DNA from: Octopus vulgaris
Lineage: Eukaryota
DNA: 64,000 bases
NCBI GenBank assembly: GCA_951406725.2
Contig: OX597815.1
Span: 88,722,001-88,786,000 of the forward strand
Direction of reading: 5' to 3'
Part shown: piece by piece, positions 13,845 to 26,382 of the stretch
How the letters are laid out: each line of letters begins with the position of its first letter
Numbering within the stretch: position 1 is the first letter of the stretch
The notes under the pieces: model-generated
Databases searched by the model: none
Seen by the model: only the letters and a program-made list of their open reading frames with translations
Told to the model about the DNA's origin: nothing
Program-made: the position numbers and the translations under genes

Positions 13845-14705
13845 ATGATATTTTCTAGGACATTGACTTGTATAACATATAATAAATAGTTTACCACTTT
13901 ATCGTTTGTCTTTTATACTATTATTGTAAAACTAGGTACCAATAGATATTTCATGTTCATCTCCAAGATGGATTTGAATTCATTAAACCCAGTATTGCAA
14001 AGTAATAAAACACTCGTTGACATAAAATCACATCCACTGCTATCAGCAGAATTTAATACACTGGTGGATTGATTGATAATTTTTTTTGTACTATTGTCAC
14101 ACTGATGATCGTATATAAACCGTCAGCACTTCGCTTGGTAGTTCAGCAATTTAATGATTAAATCACAATCTAGCTCTTTCTAAAGTACTTTGTTTACACT
14201 CACTGTGAAGGTCGATATTAGTGGTGATACATGTATTGGCTAATAGCAAACAATAACAATAATTAGAATAGTCGGAAGAGGAAGATCATTAGAGGTGCTC
14301 TATCTTGTCATGAATCAGTTAGGAGATATGAACAAATTATAGTAATTAGGTGAGTTTGTTAATTATACTGTACGTTGTACACATACCACTAATTATGATG
14401 TCTCACCACACCAGCTAGGCCATTAGCACAGTTCTATTCTGTTTGTAACTACTTGTTTAGCGGTGACCTATTGAAGGAGAAGGAAGTGTCTTTATACTAG
14501 ACAGCTGATCCAATAATCAGACAGCAGCCGATTCACTCGAGATTACTTCGAACGAACAAGAATAATAACAACAGTAACCACAACAGAAACAAGAGCAATA
14601 ATCATGCTGGATGCAATCCCATACATATAGAACACATAAATACGCACAAACACACATAGCACGCATATGATATTATTCAAAGCACCAGTTAAACGTATAC
14701 ACACA

Positions 14706-15712
14706 CAGGGTTTGGACAAAATAATGGAAACACCTTAAAATTTTAAGCAAATTTATTTTCGTATGGGGTAGGACCGCCTTTGGCAGTAATTACAGCTTGA
14801 ATTCTACGAGGTATGGACTCGTACAAAGTTTGAGTTGTTTCCAAAGGAATTTTTGTTCATTTTTCAGCTAAAACAGTCTCCAGTTCTTGTAGTGATGATG
14901 GAAGGGAAACCATTGGGCCGGCGGATTTCTAAGATATAGCTCCGCAGATCATTACAGATCGTCCTCCATGTTTAACAGTCGGAAGAAGACAGTCTGAGTC
15001 AAATACTTATTTTGAACCTCTCCACACGTATACTCAGCCGGTGGTCGAAAATAAAGTAAAAAATGACTCGTCCAAGGAAATAACATTCTTCCACTGCTCT
15101 AGGAACCAATTTTGTAGGTTTTGACTCTACTCTAAACGCTTTGAAACGTTTGTTTTTGAAAGTAGTGTTTTTCTGATTGCAGCCCTTCCGTGAAATCCGG
15201 CTTTGTGCTGCACACGGCGAGCAAATTTTATGAAAACTGGGTTCTCGAGGTGGTCATTAAGCTCTGCAGTAATTTTGGGAGCTGTATTTTTGTGATCCTT
15301 TCTAACAATTCGCGTAAGAGTGAGACGGTCCCTGAAAGTTTTGGTTTTCTTCCAAATTTTGTTTCGACGAGGAGGTTTTTCCCTGTTTCTCAAAGACTAT
15401 CATTACTTTCGAGACAGTACTTCATGATACACCAAACATTTCGGGTGTTTTCGTTACGCTAGAGCTTGCCATACGACCACCAACAAATTGACCTCTTTGA
15501 AAGTTCGATAGGTCTGTCAGTTTAATGAATTTTAATTACCTTTTTCTGATGATAACTGAAAAGAAACAGCAATTTTAACAAAACGAATTAAGCAACACTA
15601 ATGATAAATCAAAACACAAAAAACAAACAAACAAGCTTTCGACGGTTTTATAGATATTTCAAAATGATGATGCTACGATGCTAGTTGTTTCCATTATTTT
15701 GTCCAACCCTTG
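14706..15712 (-). mobile_element. Internally deleted Tc1-family DNA transposon
   Basis: ~28-bp TIRs cagggtttggacaaaataatggaaacac / gttgtttccattattttgtccaacccttg. Minus strand encodes an HTH region, WKNVISLDES, PTVKHGGRSVMICGAIS and C-terminal SIPRRIQAVITAKGGPTPY. The segment carrying the second D and the E is deleted near 14900. Confidence 0.92.
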
Positions 15713-15771
15713 CACATACCCGCAGAGACATACGCACGTATACACACGATATTATTCAAAGCTTCAGTTAC

Positions 15772-15833
<62 letters not shown>

Positions 15834-18800
15834 AAACACACTCGGTAAATAGATTATTTCTTCATAGGCTTCGGCGTGTTCGATTATTTGAACCACCTCT
15901 TCATTGTGATAGAGTGCGCGTATAACTTCCTCCTGAATATTTTACAGAAACGTGTATTCTTATCGTAATCATTAGGCAGAATTATCGTGACACCGTTAGT
16001 GACAAAGTGGGACCCTTAAATTATAGGCAACGTGAATCCGATTGGATTCTGCACGTTTTCCATCAATCCAATTTCCCCCATAAAGCTTAGTTCAGTATGA
16101 GGCTGTAATAGCACGAAGTGGCAGCGAATCCAATACTTGACTACTTGCTCCCTTATCCCCTTTGTCAGTATATATAAGCAGACTCGCACACATACACATG
16201 TACATTTGAATAGGTCTTTAGTTAACTAATAAATTGTAAGACTTAATAATCACAACAGTATCTTCCGAACTAATGTTAAACGGATATGTACCATCCTTCA
16301 AACATTTACGACCTACACGAGAATATATACAGTTTTAGCTAATCTAACTCAAATATACAGGAGAAGAGGCAAGCTCATACAATATAAGTAACGTTGTGAA
16401 AAAAAAAAAAGCTACAAGAAGGTGGAACACATTTATGTCTAGAAAACCGAGTTGAAAGCTTTAATCCATATCGCCACTATATAGCAATAAAAGATCGTTT
16501 AGACAGTTTTACAGATAACCGGAGGAGTTAGACATACAAAAAAAAAAAAAAAAAACTGAACTCATTTATGGCCGATGTAATATGTACATTTCTAGTTTCT
16601 TTTGCTACTGGAAATAAAGAAGGAAAATTGTTGAGCTAATGATGTCTACTGAGGCAGAAAAATGTATCCACAACTGTCCGCTGTCTCCAAACAATAAATC
16701 TGTCCTTTTCCTTATTGGTATGTTAACTTGAGAGAATCCTTGAGATTATCTCCCTTTCACAGGAAGAGCTGTTTTAAATTGCGATTTGGTAATTGTGATA
16801 CATCCTCTAAAGGTGAATATAGCTTCAATAACGCAAGAATTATTTAAATCAGCGTCCCTTGCTCCCAACTTGGAATTTTTTTATTGGATAAAGCTCTGTA
16901 TACCTGACTGATCGAGAAATCTCAAATACTACAATTAGGGAACGACATTAATCATCAGTATGATTAAATATAAATATACTCTACATTTTACCTCTGTTAC
17001 TTTTTCCTCTCTTATAAATAACACATACTCGCGCGAGCGCATATACACATGAATAGTCGGAATATTTTGTTTCTTTACTACGATGTCCTGTTTGAATAAT
17101 GAAGCATTTCATTAAAGCCTTCCTAGTCTACATACTTTTTCTTCTGTCACTTCGGTAAACTTGCCGATCAAAGACTTGTAATCATGTGAGTACAAACAAT
17201 TTCTTGTATGGAACATATCACTCGTATTTCTTTTAGTCCATTTGCTGCCAGCGCATTCACTCTATCTAACCTTCTCTCGGTTAGAATATTAAATTATTCT
17301 TTTTGTATAGTGGTGGTTGGGGTAGTCTATATCCTTTCAAGTTTTCACACTCAGTATTTAAGTCTTTCTTTTTTCTTTCGGAGCCAAAGGTGACATGACG
17401 AGTTAATATAATTTTAGAAAGTTAATATATGATTTATATTTGTGTACAAGCTCCACATCGACTGGCGCACCTGTTGCAAGAATGCTCACATCAGAGAGAG
17501 AATCTAGCAAAAACATATTCAATTCACAGGTAAAACTATGATTTCAGGACATCTTCATACATTAGTATACCTTGTAATTGTGTTAACAGTATATCTCTTG
17601 TTGTTTCAACATCTGATCATTTTAACAGTGAGCTATATACTATAACAATCAACAAAGGATGCTTGCTATACGCGAACGCTTGACCAACTAGAAAATGCCC
17701 CTAAAATTGCACATTACAGTCTAAAAAGAGGATATAGTGAACAATATAGTTCTCGGCATCCAACAAGACACGATGGTCACATAGGTGCTCAATTAAAGTA
17801 GACGTGTTTCTTTTTACTCACGTTTGCTCTCTCTAATACGTTACTTTTGTTCGACAATGCCATTAGGATTTTAAAATAAATCAAAAACACGAAAAGTGAG
17901 TTCAAACAGATCTTCTATTTGGAGATCCACCGAGGAGAATCCAAATGGAAAGAAATTGGTTAAAAGGAATATTTATAGTGGATTCAATAAAGAGGCCGCT
18001 TCACTTTAATAGTAATAATAATAATAGAAACAGTTACTGTTATAAGCTTAAGAAAACGCAGAGAACAGATTTATGAGCATATGTTGTTTAGTTCAGTGTT
18101 AAAACATCCAGGGGCAAATTCGTTTTTAGTGTTTCAATTACCGCTTGTCCAATCTTCAGAGTATACGATAACAATATATAACCGCTGTAGAAACTTTATA
18201 CTAAACAAAAGAACTATGTTCATTGACAAAAAACAAAACAGAAAGAAAATGTGTTGGAACTGATATATTAGATTTATCTAATATAAAAGAATTCGTAGCT
18301 TTATAAATTTTCTCTCAGCCGCAACAGAAATATGTATGTGGCCATGAGGAATAATGTTTGATATTAGGATGCATACTGATCTATGACGTTTTGTGTGCAG
18401 AAGCAGCTGACCTCAAAGATCGCGATTTTCCTAACAAGACATTGTCTAAGACATAAAGTAGACAAATTATCATCTGCTGCTAAATGGATGTAATGTCTAA
18501 AATTGTTATTTACTACTTACATTTAATCCTTTAAAAGTATAACAATTATATATCAGAATATACTGGTGATGATTCAATGGGCAATATACATGAACTTTAC
18601 TGCAAATATCTCGTTGTCTGTGGAAGAAATCATGAGTTAAGTCTGCTTAAGTTTGAGTGTCATTGTTTCATTTTCTAATTTCATTTATGGTTGCTTCATT
18701 AGTTTTAGTTTAATTTATCGATTATATCCCAAGGTGGAATATAATTACTGATTCTTCGACACATCGATTTTTTCAGTGAGATTACTAAACATGTGAAGTC

Positions 18801-20009
18801 TGTTATATAGAAATGCTATTACAGTGTCCTTGGTAGAGGTCGGTCTATGTTAGTACAACACAGATGTAGGTTATTAGTTGTATATAAGAGAAAGATTATA
18901 AATGGATTACAATGTGAATTGAACCTTTCTCCCATGAGTTTAAATCCGCCTTAAAGCAGTTTAATGTATTTCTTGACAGAATATTAACTTCTACGGGCTT
19001 CCTTCCGTTCACCCAAGTGTAAGAAAAAGTACAATTGCTTAAGTAATATATATATATATATATTACCAATAAACGCATTAACGCGCCCCCAAAATAGCAA
19101 TAAAATCATGTATTTCACCCTCTCTCTTCTGTAAATCTATTGCCTTACGTAGGCACAATTCAAATTTCGGTACAAGATATAGTTGATTATGTCGACTACA
19201 ATACTTTACCTGGATTGGTACTAATTTATCGATCGACCCCTGAAGTGTGAAAAGCAAAATTGACCTCAGCATGGTTAGCAGTGCATTTTGTTCGACACTC
19301 TATAGTTTCAGTCAAAGCATCGTACTTCTGCTACAGTACGGTTCTTTCCACCAAATCATCTCCTTTTACTTTTGCTATAATATTTATGATTTTATGGATA
19401 GCAACAAAAACCACCCAAGAGTCAAATAATAATTCATGAATCCAATTGCAAGTTGTCAGACAGTTAAGCTTTGGTGAAAAAGTCTTTTATTCATGTGTGT
19501 TTAGGTGCTCGCGTGGGTTGGGTGAATTTGGTTAACATTCGAAAGAAGTCGATAAAGTAATAATTTGTAATATGCTGGCACAATTTCGGTTTCTCCCACA
19601 AATATTCATCTTGCTCTCTTGTTTTCATTTTGTTTCAAATAAAATCAATATATTATGGAAAATATGTAGAAATCCAAAAAAGAAAAAAAGAAAAAAGAAT
19701 TCGTTAAAAATTGCAAAAGAAGCATTTAAAAGTTGCTAGGTGTTTTGTCTGGTATTCTTTCGATTCTGCTACTCATACCCCTGACAATGATGATGATGAT
19801 AAGGACGACGATGAATATAATGATAATGATGATGACGGCGACGACGACGACGACGATAATTTCTTCTCTGTTGGTCATAGGGCCACGATAAGCAATTTAG
19901 ACAATACGAAGACGAGAGACAGCTGAGATTTCCAAAGAACGTTGTAAACAATAACAACAATAACAAGTAACAAAAAATCTAACAAAGAAATTCTCCAATA
20001 GCGTTGAAA

Positions 20010-20455
20010 CATTACTCACGGGCAATCAAGGAGCTCCACAGATCCTTACTTGCCATGAGTACCATAGCAAGTGCCCCTCTCGCCTTCGTACTCCTCAGCC
20101 TGTAGGCACAACTTTAGAATTGGTTATTCACTCGGGCTATACATATAGCTTTCAACGAGATTACATTCATCGCAACCCTCACCTTCATTTCCAAATGGAA
20201 TTGAAAAAAGTTCGATGGGGGATTTCTCGAAGAGGAAAGCTTCCCAGATCATTTTGGTGTCGTTCACCATGCAACCACTTTCACCATAGCAACTAGACAG
20301 AAAACTACTTGCCCTTCTCGAACAACAGAAGGCGCGGGTTGATCTTTAGGGCGGAGGCAGAACGATAACGAGTTTTGTAGCAGCAGTTAGACGTAATTCT
20401 ACGTGTTAGAAATGCTCGAGCACTGAACGAATGCGTGCATAACGACCCTAGATTT
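20010..20455 (-). mobile_element. Tx1/L1-clade LINE ORF2 3' fragment
   Basis: Minus-strand peptides VMHAFVQCSSIS (end of the CCHC knuckle), REGQVVFCLVAMVKVVAW and FQFHLEMKVRV resemble the Tx1 ORF2 C-terminus. Confidence 0.65.
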
Positions 20456-20469
20456 GTCTGTAAAGACCT

Positions 20470-20490
20470 AATAATAATAGTAGTATAGTA

Positions 20491-20547
<57 letters not shown>

Positions 20548-20655
20548 TAGGACCAAGGTAACGCATCCAGACGTTATAGAAAAATAAATAGAAGAGTGCC
20601 ATAGTTATCATGTGAAATCAGTTGAATTAATAATAACAACAACAACAACAACAAC

Positions 20656-20710
<55 letters not shown>
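20470..20710. repeat. (TAA)n/(CAA)n microsatellite tracts
   Basis: Direct inspection. Confidence 0.95.
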
Positions 20711-22426
20711 GATTCTGAGTTAAGCACAATGCCACCAATTTTTAGTGGGTAGCTGTTAACCGTTACCATCGAACTCAGTACCTGAGCGACGGTACATTAC
20801 TTTACCGACTCTACAAAAAAGAACAACAAAAAACAAAAACAAAAACAAAGAAACATTGATCTTGGAAGAAATTGAATTCAGAAAACTGGAAGGAATGCTG
20901 CAAAGCATTATTTCCCTATGCTCTCTCGCTTCTACCGTTCTTTATATTACCCTAATAAGTGTTTCTTTCTTAGGCACATCGCTTCAGGTTTGATGGGGGA
21001 GGGATTAGTAAATTAAATCGATCCCTGCACTTGAAATGGATATATTTTCTATTTCGATGGGATTTGAACAAAAAGATATAAAGAACCAGAACAATACTGT
21101 TGCATGGTATTTTACCGACGAGGAAAGGATTCTGCCAGATGGCCGTTTTCATAATTTGTAATATAAGCACAGTCAAACATTTTAGGAAGAAAATGTATAA
21201 TCGATAAAATTGATATCAATACTTAACGACTCCCTAGAGAATGAAACAAAAATATAAAGTTTAGCGCTGTGGACTATGAATATATGAATTTGTAATGTGT
21301 AAATATATACTATAAAGAATAATATCTGGTGTTTATAATAATAATGATAATAATACAAAATTTTAACAGCGATAATATTGAAAGATACAAATGACTACTA
21401 GTAAAATAGCTACAGGAGAGCTGAAGATGGGAAACTGTAAATACTAATATGGTGGTAAATATCAATTACTTATGAACAAAACCATAGAAAACGAAACATT
21501 ATATGATATGACTATCTATTTTGTTTATACGTTTGTTCTAAGGTTGTCGGGGTTTTCCCGATTTTATGCATTTGTCTGTCAATCATAGGCATTGTAAGCC
21601 CTTTAAGAGAAATAACACTAGGCTGGGCTGTAGTTGTATCAAAATATTTGCTACTCCCATAGCTAGTATAAATAGAAGAAAATTTTCCAATACAATTGCG
21701 CAAATTTCTCCTCAATGTAAATTGTAGCAACTCTAGTGTCTGCGTTCCCAACTGTATGCGCCTTTCACAAACATTTAACATACAAAGATCTATCCGGCGA
21801 ATATTAATGCAACAAGAAGTTTGAACATGGTTTACTGAAAATCCCTGTGTAAAATCTTCGCGCTCAGGAACTCAGAAAGATGCCTTTACTCGAGTCTCTA
21901 AATATATGTGAATTTTAAAATATTATAAAATCAACGATTACAAAGTCATTTGATGTTTTATTTAACATAGTTCTCTTATATGAATGTCTCTAACATTGTA
22001 CAAGAGCCATCCTTTTGAATTCTTGAAAAGAAATACAAAACAAAGCAAAAAAAAAAAATCAAATTACTGAATTCTTTTGGTCTAAGAAGAAATTTCCAAT
22101 TGAGTACTGGATAAAACTTTATTTCCTACGTAAATGAATTTGATACATCTTGAAAGATGGGCATATAATATAAAAGCAAACAAAGAAAATATACATATAT
22201 CAGAGGCCTATGCTCTGGCGCCTCCAACGTTGAGTGGTCTCAATGCTAAATAGCGCGAAACTATTAGGATATTTTGGATCACTGACTGACGAGGAAATCA
22301 ACTGCAAATATTCCGCGTATCGTGTTTTTGCCTAAATTTCCCGTCCGTTAAGATTTCGTCTAGTTTTTCGTTTGCTCTGCTGTTGTCTAATTTTTATCTC
22401 ATTGTTGCCTTCTTTCTGTTCATATG

Positions 22427-22483
<57 letters not shown>

Positions 22484-22485
<2 letters not shown>

Positions 22486-23200
22486 TAAGGGTGAGGGAAT
22501 TAGATACTAATTTAATAGTATATCTATTCAACACCAAGTGGCCTAGTGCTCCGAGAAACCTGGATTATTATAATATTTTATAATATATTATAATATTTTT
22601 ACAAAATAAATATAAAATAAATATATATAAGTATAAGAGAGTGGTCACTATATGGCTCACTCTAGCACCAGTTAATCCAAAAGGTTTCAACCACAAAAAT
22701 ACATGTTTCCCATGAAAGACAGTACGATTGTTAGCTCACACGGACAGGGCAAATAAAAAATAACAAAATACAGATTATTTTGGGACAATTGTTTCGCTAT
22801 TAATGAATTAAATGTAATTTTACTTACAAAAACTGCTGTATTTGTTTTCCGTGAAAGTTTGGCGCGCTGTTAGTTGGGGCATTTGAATTATAACGTCGGA
22901 TGTAATCAATTGAACCACACGCGTATTTATCGTTATGGTAAAATCTGGCGTGTGATTGAGTGGATTTTATCCAGATAGTTTTGGCTGACGAGCTACAAGT
23001 GGATTTTTTGTAAATTACATTTAATTCATTAATAGCGAAACAATTGTCCCAAAATAATCTGTATTTTGTTATTTTTTATTTGCCCTGTCCGTGTGAGCTA
23101 ACAATCGTACTGTCTTTCATGAGAAACATGTATTTTTGTGGTTGAAACCTTTTGGATTAACTGGTGCTAGAGTGAGCCATATAGTGACCACTCTCTTATA
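22484..23200. mobile_element. Penelope-like inverted pseudo-LTR structure inserted in (TA)n
   Basis: Arms 22632-22832 and 23005-23200 are reverse complements (1 substitution, one 5-nt indel) around a ~172-bp spacer. (TA)n on both sides, a hammerhead inside, and a GIY-YIG fragment adjacent. Confidence 0.8.
22978..23055 (+). ncRNA. Type I hammerhead ribozyme
   Basis: gttttgg-CTGACGA-gcta-(37 nt loop)-tagc-GAAA-caattg-TC^-ccaaaat. Helix I gttttgg/ccaaaat, helix II gcta/tagc, minimal palindromic helix III; predicted cleavage after GUC at 23048. Confidence 0.8.
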
Positions 23201-23202
23201 TT

Positions 23203-23237
<35 letters not shown>

Positions 23238-23238
<1 letters not shown>

Positions 23239-23470
23239 TGCATTACCTGCCCATGCTGCAAAGAAAATTACGTTGGCGAAACAAATAATTCCCTCTGCCA
23301 ACGTGCAAGAATCCGCAGGCAACACATCCGACAAGAGGAATTACACAAGATTCCATAAAGTAAGCATCTGGACAAATTCAAAATTTTCCCCTTCTACAAA
23401 TGTGGGCCGGATGATCCGCAATACCGAAAACTACATTTAATCAAAAAATAATTCTCTCTAAACTTGAATG
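23238..23470 (+). mobile_element. Penelope-like element GIY-YIG endonuclease 3' fragment
   Basis: Translates CITCPCCKENYVGETNNSLCQRARIRRQHIR...FKIFPFYKC...LN, a PLE GIY-YIG signature (CxxC-YIGET..L..R) with in-frame stops. Confidence 0.8.
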
Positions 23471-23744
23471 TTTGAAAGAAAAGCGGAGACAGTGCAGTTT
23501 GTATTTCAAATACAACTCAAATATCGGAAACATAATGCTCATCTCTATATTCAAGTGTATATGTGTGGCATTGAGATGTTCTGAGCTTTGCGTGTTTTTC
23601 TAGTTTGTAAGTGTTATACTAATATTCCCTTATGCAAAAAACATGAAATTGAAAGAGACGTGATCGAAATTACACAGTATAAATACAGACAATGTCCCAA
23701 ACACACACAAACACACACACACAAACACACACACACTCACACAC

Positions 23745-23745
<1 letters not shown>

Positions 23746-23833
<88 letters not shown>

Positions 23834-23838
23834 CCTAT
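23746..23838. repeat. (TCTA)n microsatellite
   Basis: Direct inspection. Confidence 0.95.
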
Positions 23839-24592
23839 CTTCATTGTGAAGGAACCTCACCCCACAAAACAATGTTTAGTTGTCAGTGTTCTCTTCTATT
23901 GAACAAAACCCCACCAAAACATTTGTTTTATATAAATGAACAAGCTGTTTGTACATGCAGCAAATAACAATAAGCTTAGAAAAAACAGAATGCTTGTGCC
24001 TGTACTGAAGGAAAGAGATGCTGGCAGATCCAGTTGCGCACGCACACACACACACACGTGTGTGTGTTACAAGTTGTGCCAGTTAGTCATGGCAAAAATG
24101 TTCTTGATCATAGATCTTCTCAATAGGGAATAAATAAATGTATTAAGATTACACAACGATCAACAATGATCGCAGCAGTAACAACAACACCACTATTACA
24201 CGGTAACTGTCATTAAGGCACTACTACAATAACCATTCCTGTTACAGCTAAAAACGATAATCTGTCCAACTTGTAACAGCAGCAGCAGCAGCAGCATTAC
24301 CACTACTGCTACTACTACTTCCATCACTACCTTAACAACGACTATAGTAACAAAAATGAATAACACATCTAGAAAACAACAGTCACAACAAATATCAACA
24401 TAAACCAAAAGTCATGAATATCACGACTACAATCAACTTCAAGATATTGTTAACAGCAAAACCAATACCAAAACCATCATTATTAAAACCATTATGATAT
24501 CCTCATTAAACCTAGCATCATGTTTGCATTCAAAAAACCCATCATATTCACAATGGAATCACTATCTCAACAACAGTCATAACCATTATAAT

Positions 24593-24807
24593 GGTTTCAA
24601 ATTTTGATATAAAGCCAGCAATTTCGATGAAGGGAGCTAGTCGATTACATCGCCCCCAGTGCTCAACTGCTACTCTTTTTATCGACTCCGAAGGATGAAA
24701 GGCAACGCCGACTTCGGCAGGATTTGAACTCAGAGCGTAAGGACATAGGAAATGCCGTTAAGCATTTTGCCCGGCGTGCTAACGATTCTGCCAGCTCGCT
24801 GCCTTAA
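24593..24807 (-). mobile_element. SINE family A copy
   Basis: ...gtcgattacatcgcccccagtgctcaact...gatttgaactcagagc...gcccggcgtgctaacgattctgccagctcgctgcctta. Confidence 0.9.
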
Positions 24808-25093
24808 TCGTGACTGTTATGATAACCACTATCGCACCCACAACAATAACAACTGCTTTTGTCACCTTGCTACAGCATCTTGATTATCACAATCACTACT
24901 CCCACAATAACACAAACATTTCCATCGCTTCCATCACATCGTGGGGCATACTTAAATTCTCTAAGACGAATCGAAACAAATGCAATTATCAGGATCGGCT
25001 TCAATACTGGTTATCATTTTGCTATCATTATATCAAATGTCTTAATATTTAGGGATATCCTCAGAGTGTCCACTAATCCTGACTAAAAACATT

Positions 25094-25541
25094 GAATCTT
25101 TTCGGTTTGAACGGCAGTTTTTTAAAATAATTTCAACGTAACTAAACACTTTTAAACTTCGTATACTGGTAGAATGTGTTTATAAAACATCTTTTTCTCT
25201 TGGCTTTATTGAGAAAATTCTATAGTTTGTAAGATATTTGTTTTTTTTTCCTTCAATTTCTGCAATTTCAACCAATCAATAACGTCTATTGAGGTGAAAA
25301 CATTCTGTGCCGTATGAATATGACCCCCGTTTAAGAAACAGATTGGGTTTATTTACATTTCTGAAGAAAAAAAGATACCCTTCCCCCACCCCTAACCCTA
25401 ACCCTAACCCTAACTAACCCTAACTAACCCCAACCCTAAAACAGATTGAAATGCAATAGATCGATACTAAGGTCATAACTATGGGTGACAATTTCATATG
25501 ACACCGCTAGAAAAAACCTGCCGTTCAAACCGAAAAGATCC
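25094..25541. mobile_element. Non-autonomous TIR element (MITE, Merlin-like) with internal (CCCTAA)n
   Basis: TIRs gaatcttttcggtttgaacggcag / ctgccgttcaaaccgaaaagatcc; 8-bp TSD aaaacatt (25086-93) / aaaatatt (25542-49). GG-starting TIR plus 8-bp TSD suggests Merlin. Confidence 0.8.
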
Positions 25542-26282
25542 AAAATATTTCTACCACCGTCATGTGTTCCCCCTGTACATTCACCAATACTATAATCACA
25601 ACCATTTCAATCACCACCACTATGACGACCGGTATCACAACTACGACTATAACCAACGCCATCATCACCACCACTATCAGCGTCAGCTGTACCACCATTG
25701 ACTCGTTGACGAAGTTGAACGCAACGACGAGGTTAACCGCTGCTACTACCACGCCGAAAGCGAAACTACTTCAATAAGTTTCCATTAAGTAAGTTAAAAC
25801 GTTTATACAGTAACTTCATTTAGATACCATATTAAATATTAAAACAACCAGCAGGTGTTGTTATTTCCTTAATTATAGTTTTAACACAAATCTTATTTTA
25901 TGCACAACCAAATCCCAAAGAACAAAAAAAGAACTGCAAATTTTCATGCTCAACCAAAGACACAATGGAACCTTTTTAAGAAAAACTACTTCGTAATTTA
26001 ATTAGTAGTAACTATAGTAAAGTTGGAAACTGTTTAAATAGCTTATACATCCTTTATGTAGATTTACTTCTTCTTTTATGACAACTATGTTGCCACAGTT
26101 CGCTTTGAAAGTGGATAGCGTTCATAATTTGGAAAAAATGACTGAACTGGATAATGAGAAAGCTACTGTTATCAAAATAGCATACTATTTCTGTTTATTT
26201 CTATGTTCGACCCAACTTTTTACCAAGGAGTTAATCTATCAATCTTCGATTCACTCCTCAAATTTATTTTCTCTGTGCACTA

Positions 26283-26382
<100 letters not shown>

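Noticed and set aside
21512-21880. 89-aa minus-strand ORF in complex sequence
   Set aside because: Upstream in-frame stop, no recognisable domain, no consistent splice sites
25390-25440. (CCCTAA)n as a true telomere or chromosome-fusion scar
   Set aside because: Short, degenerate and internal to a TIR element present twice in the window
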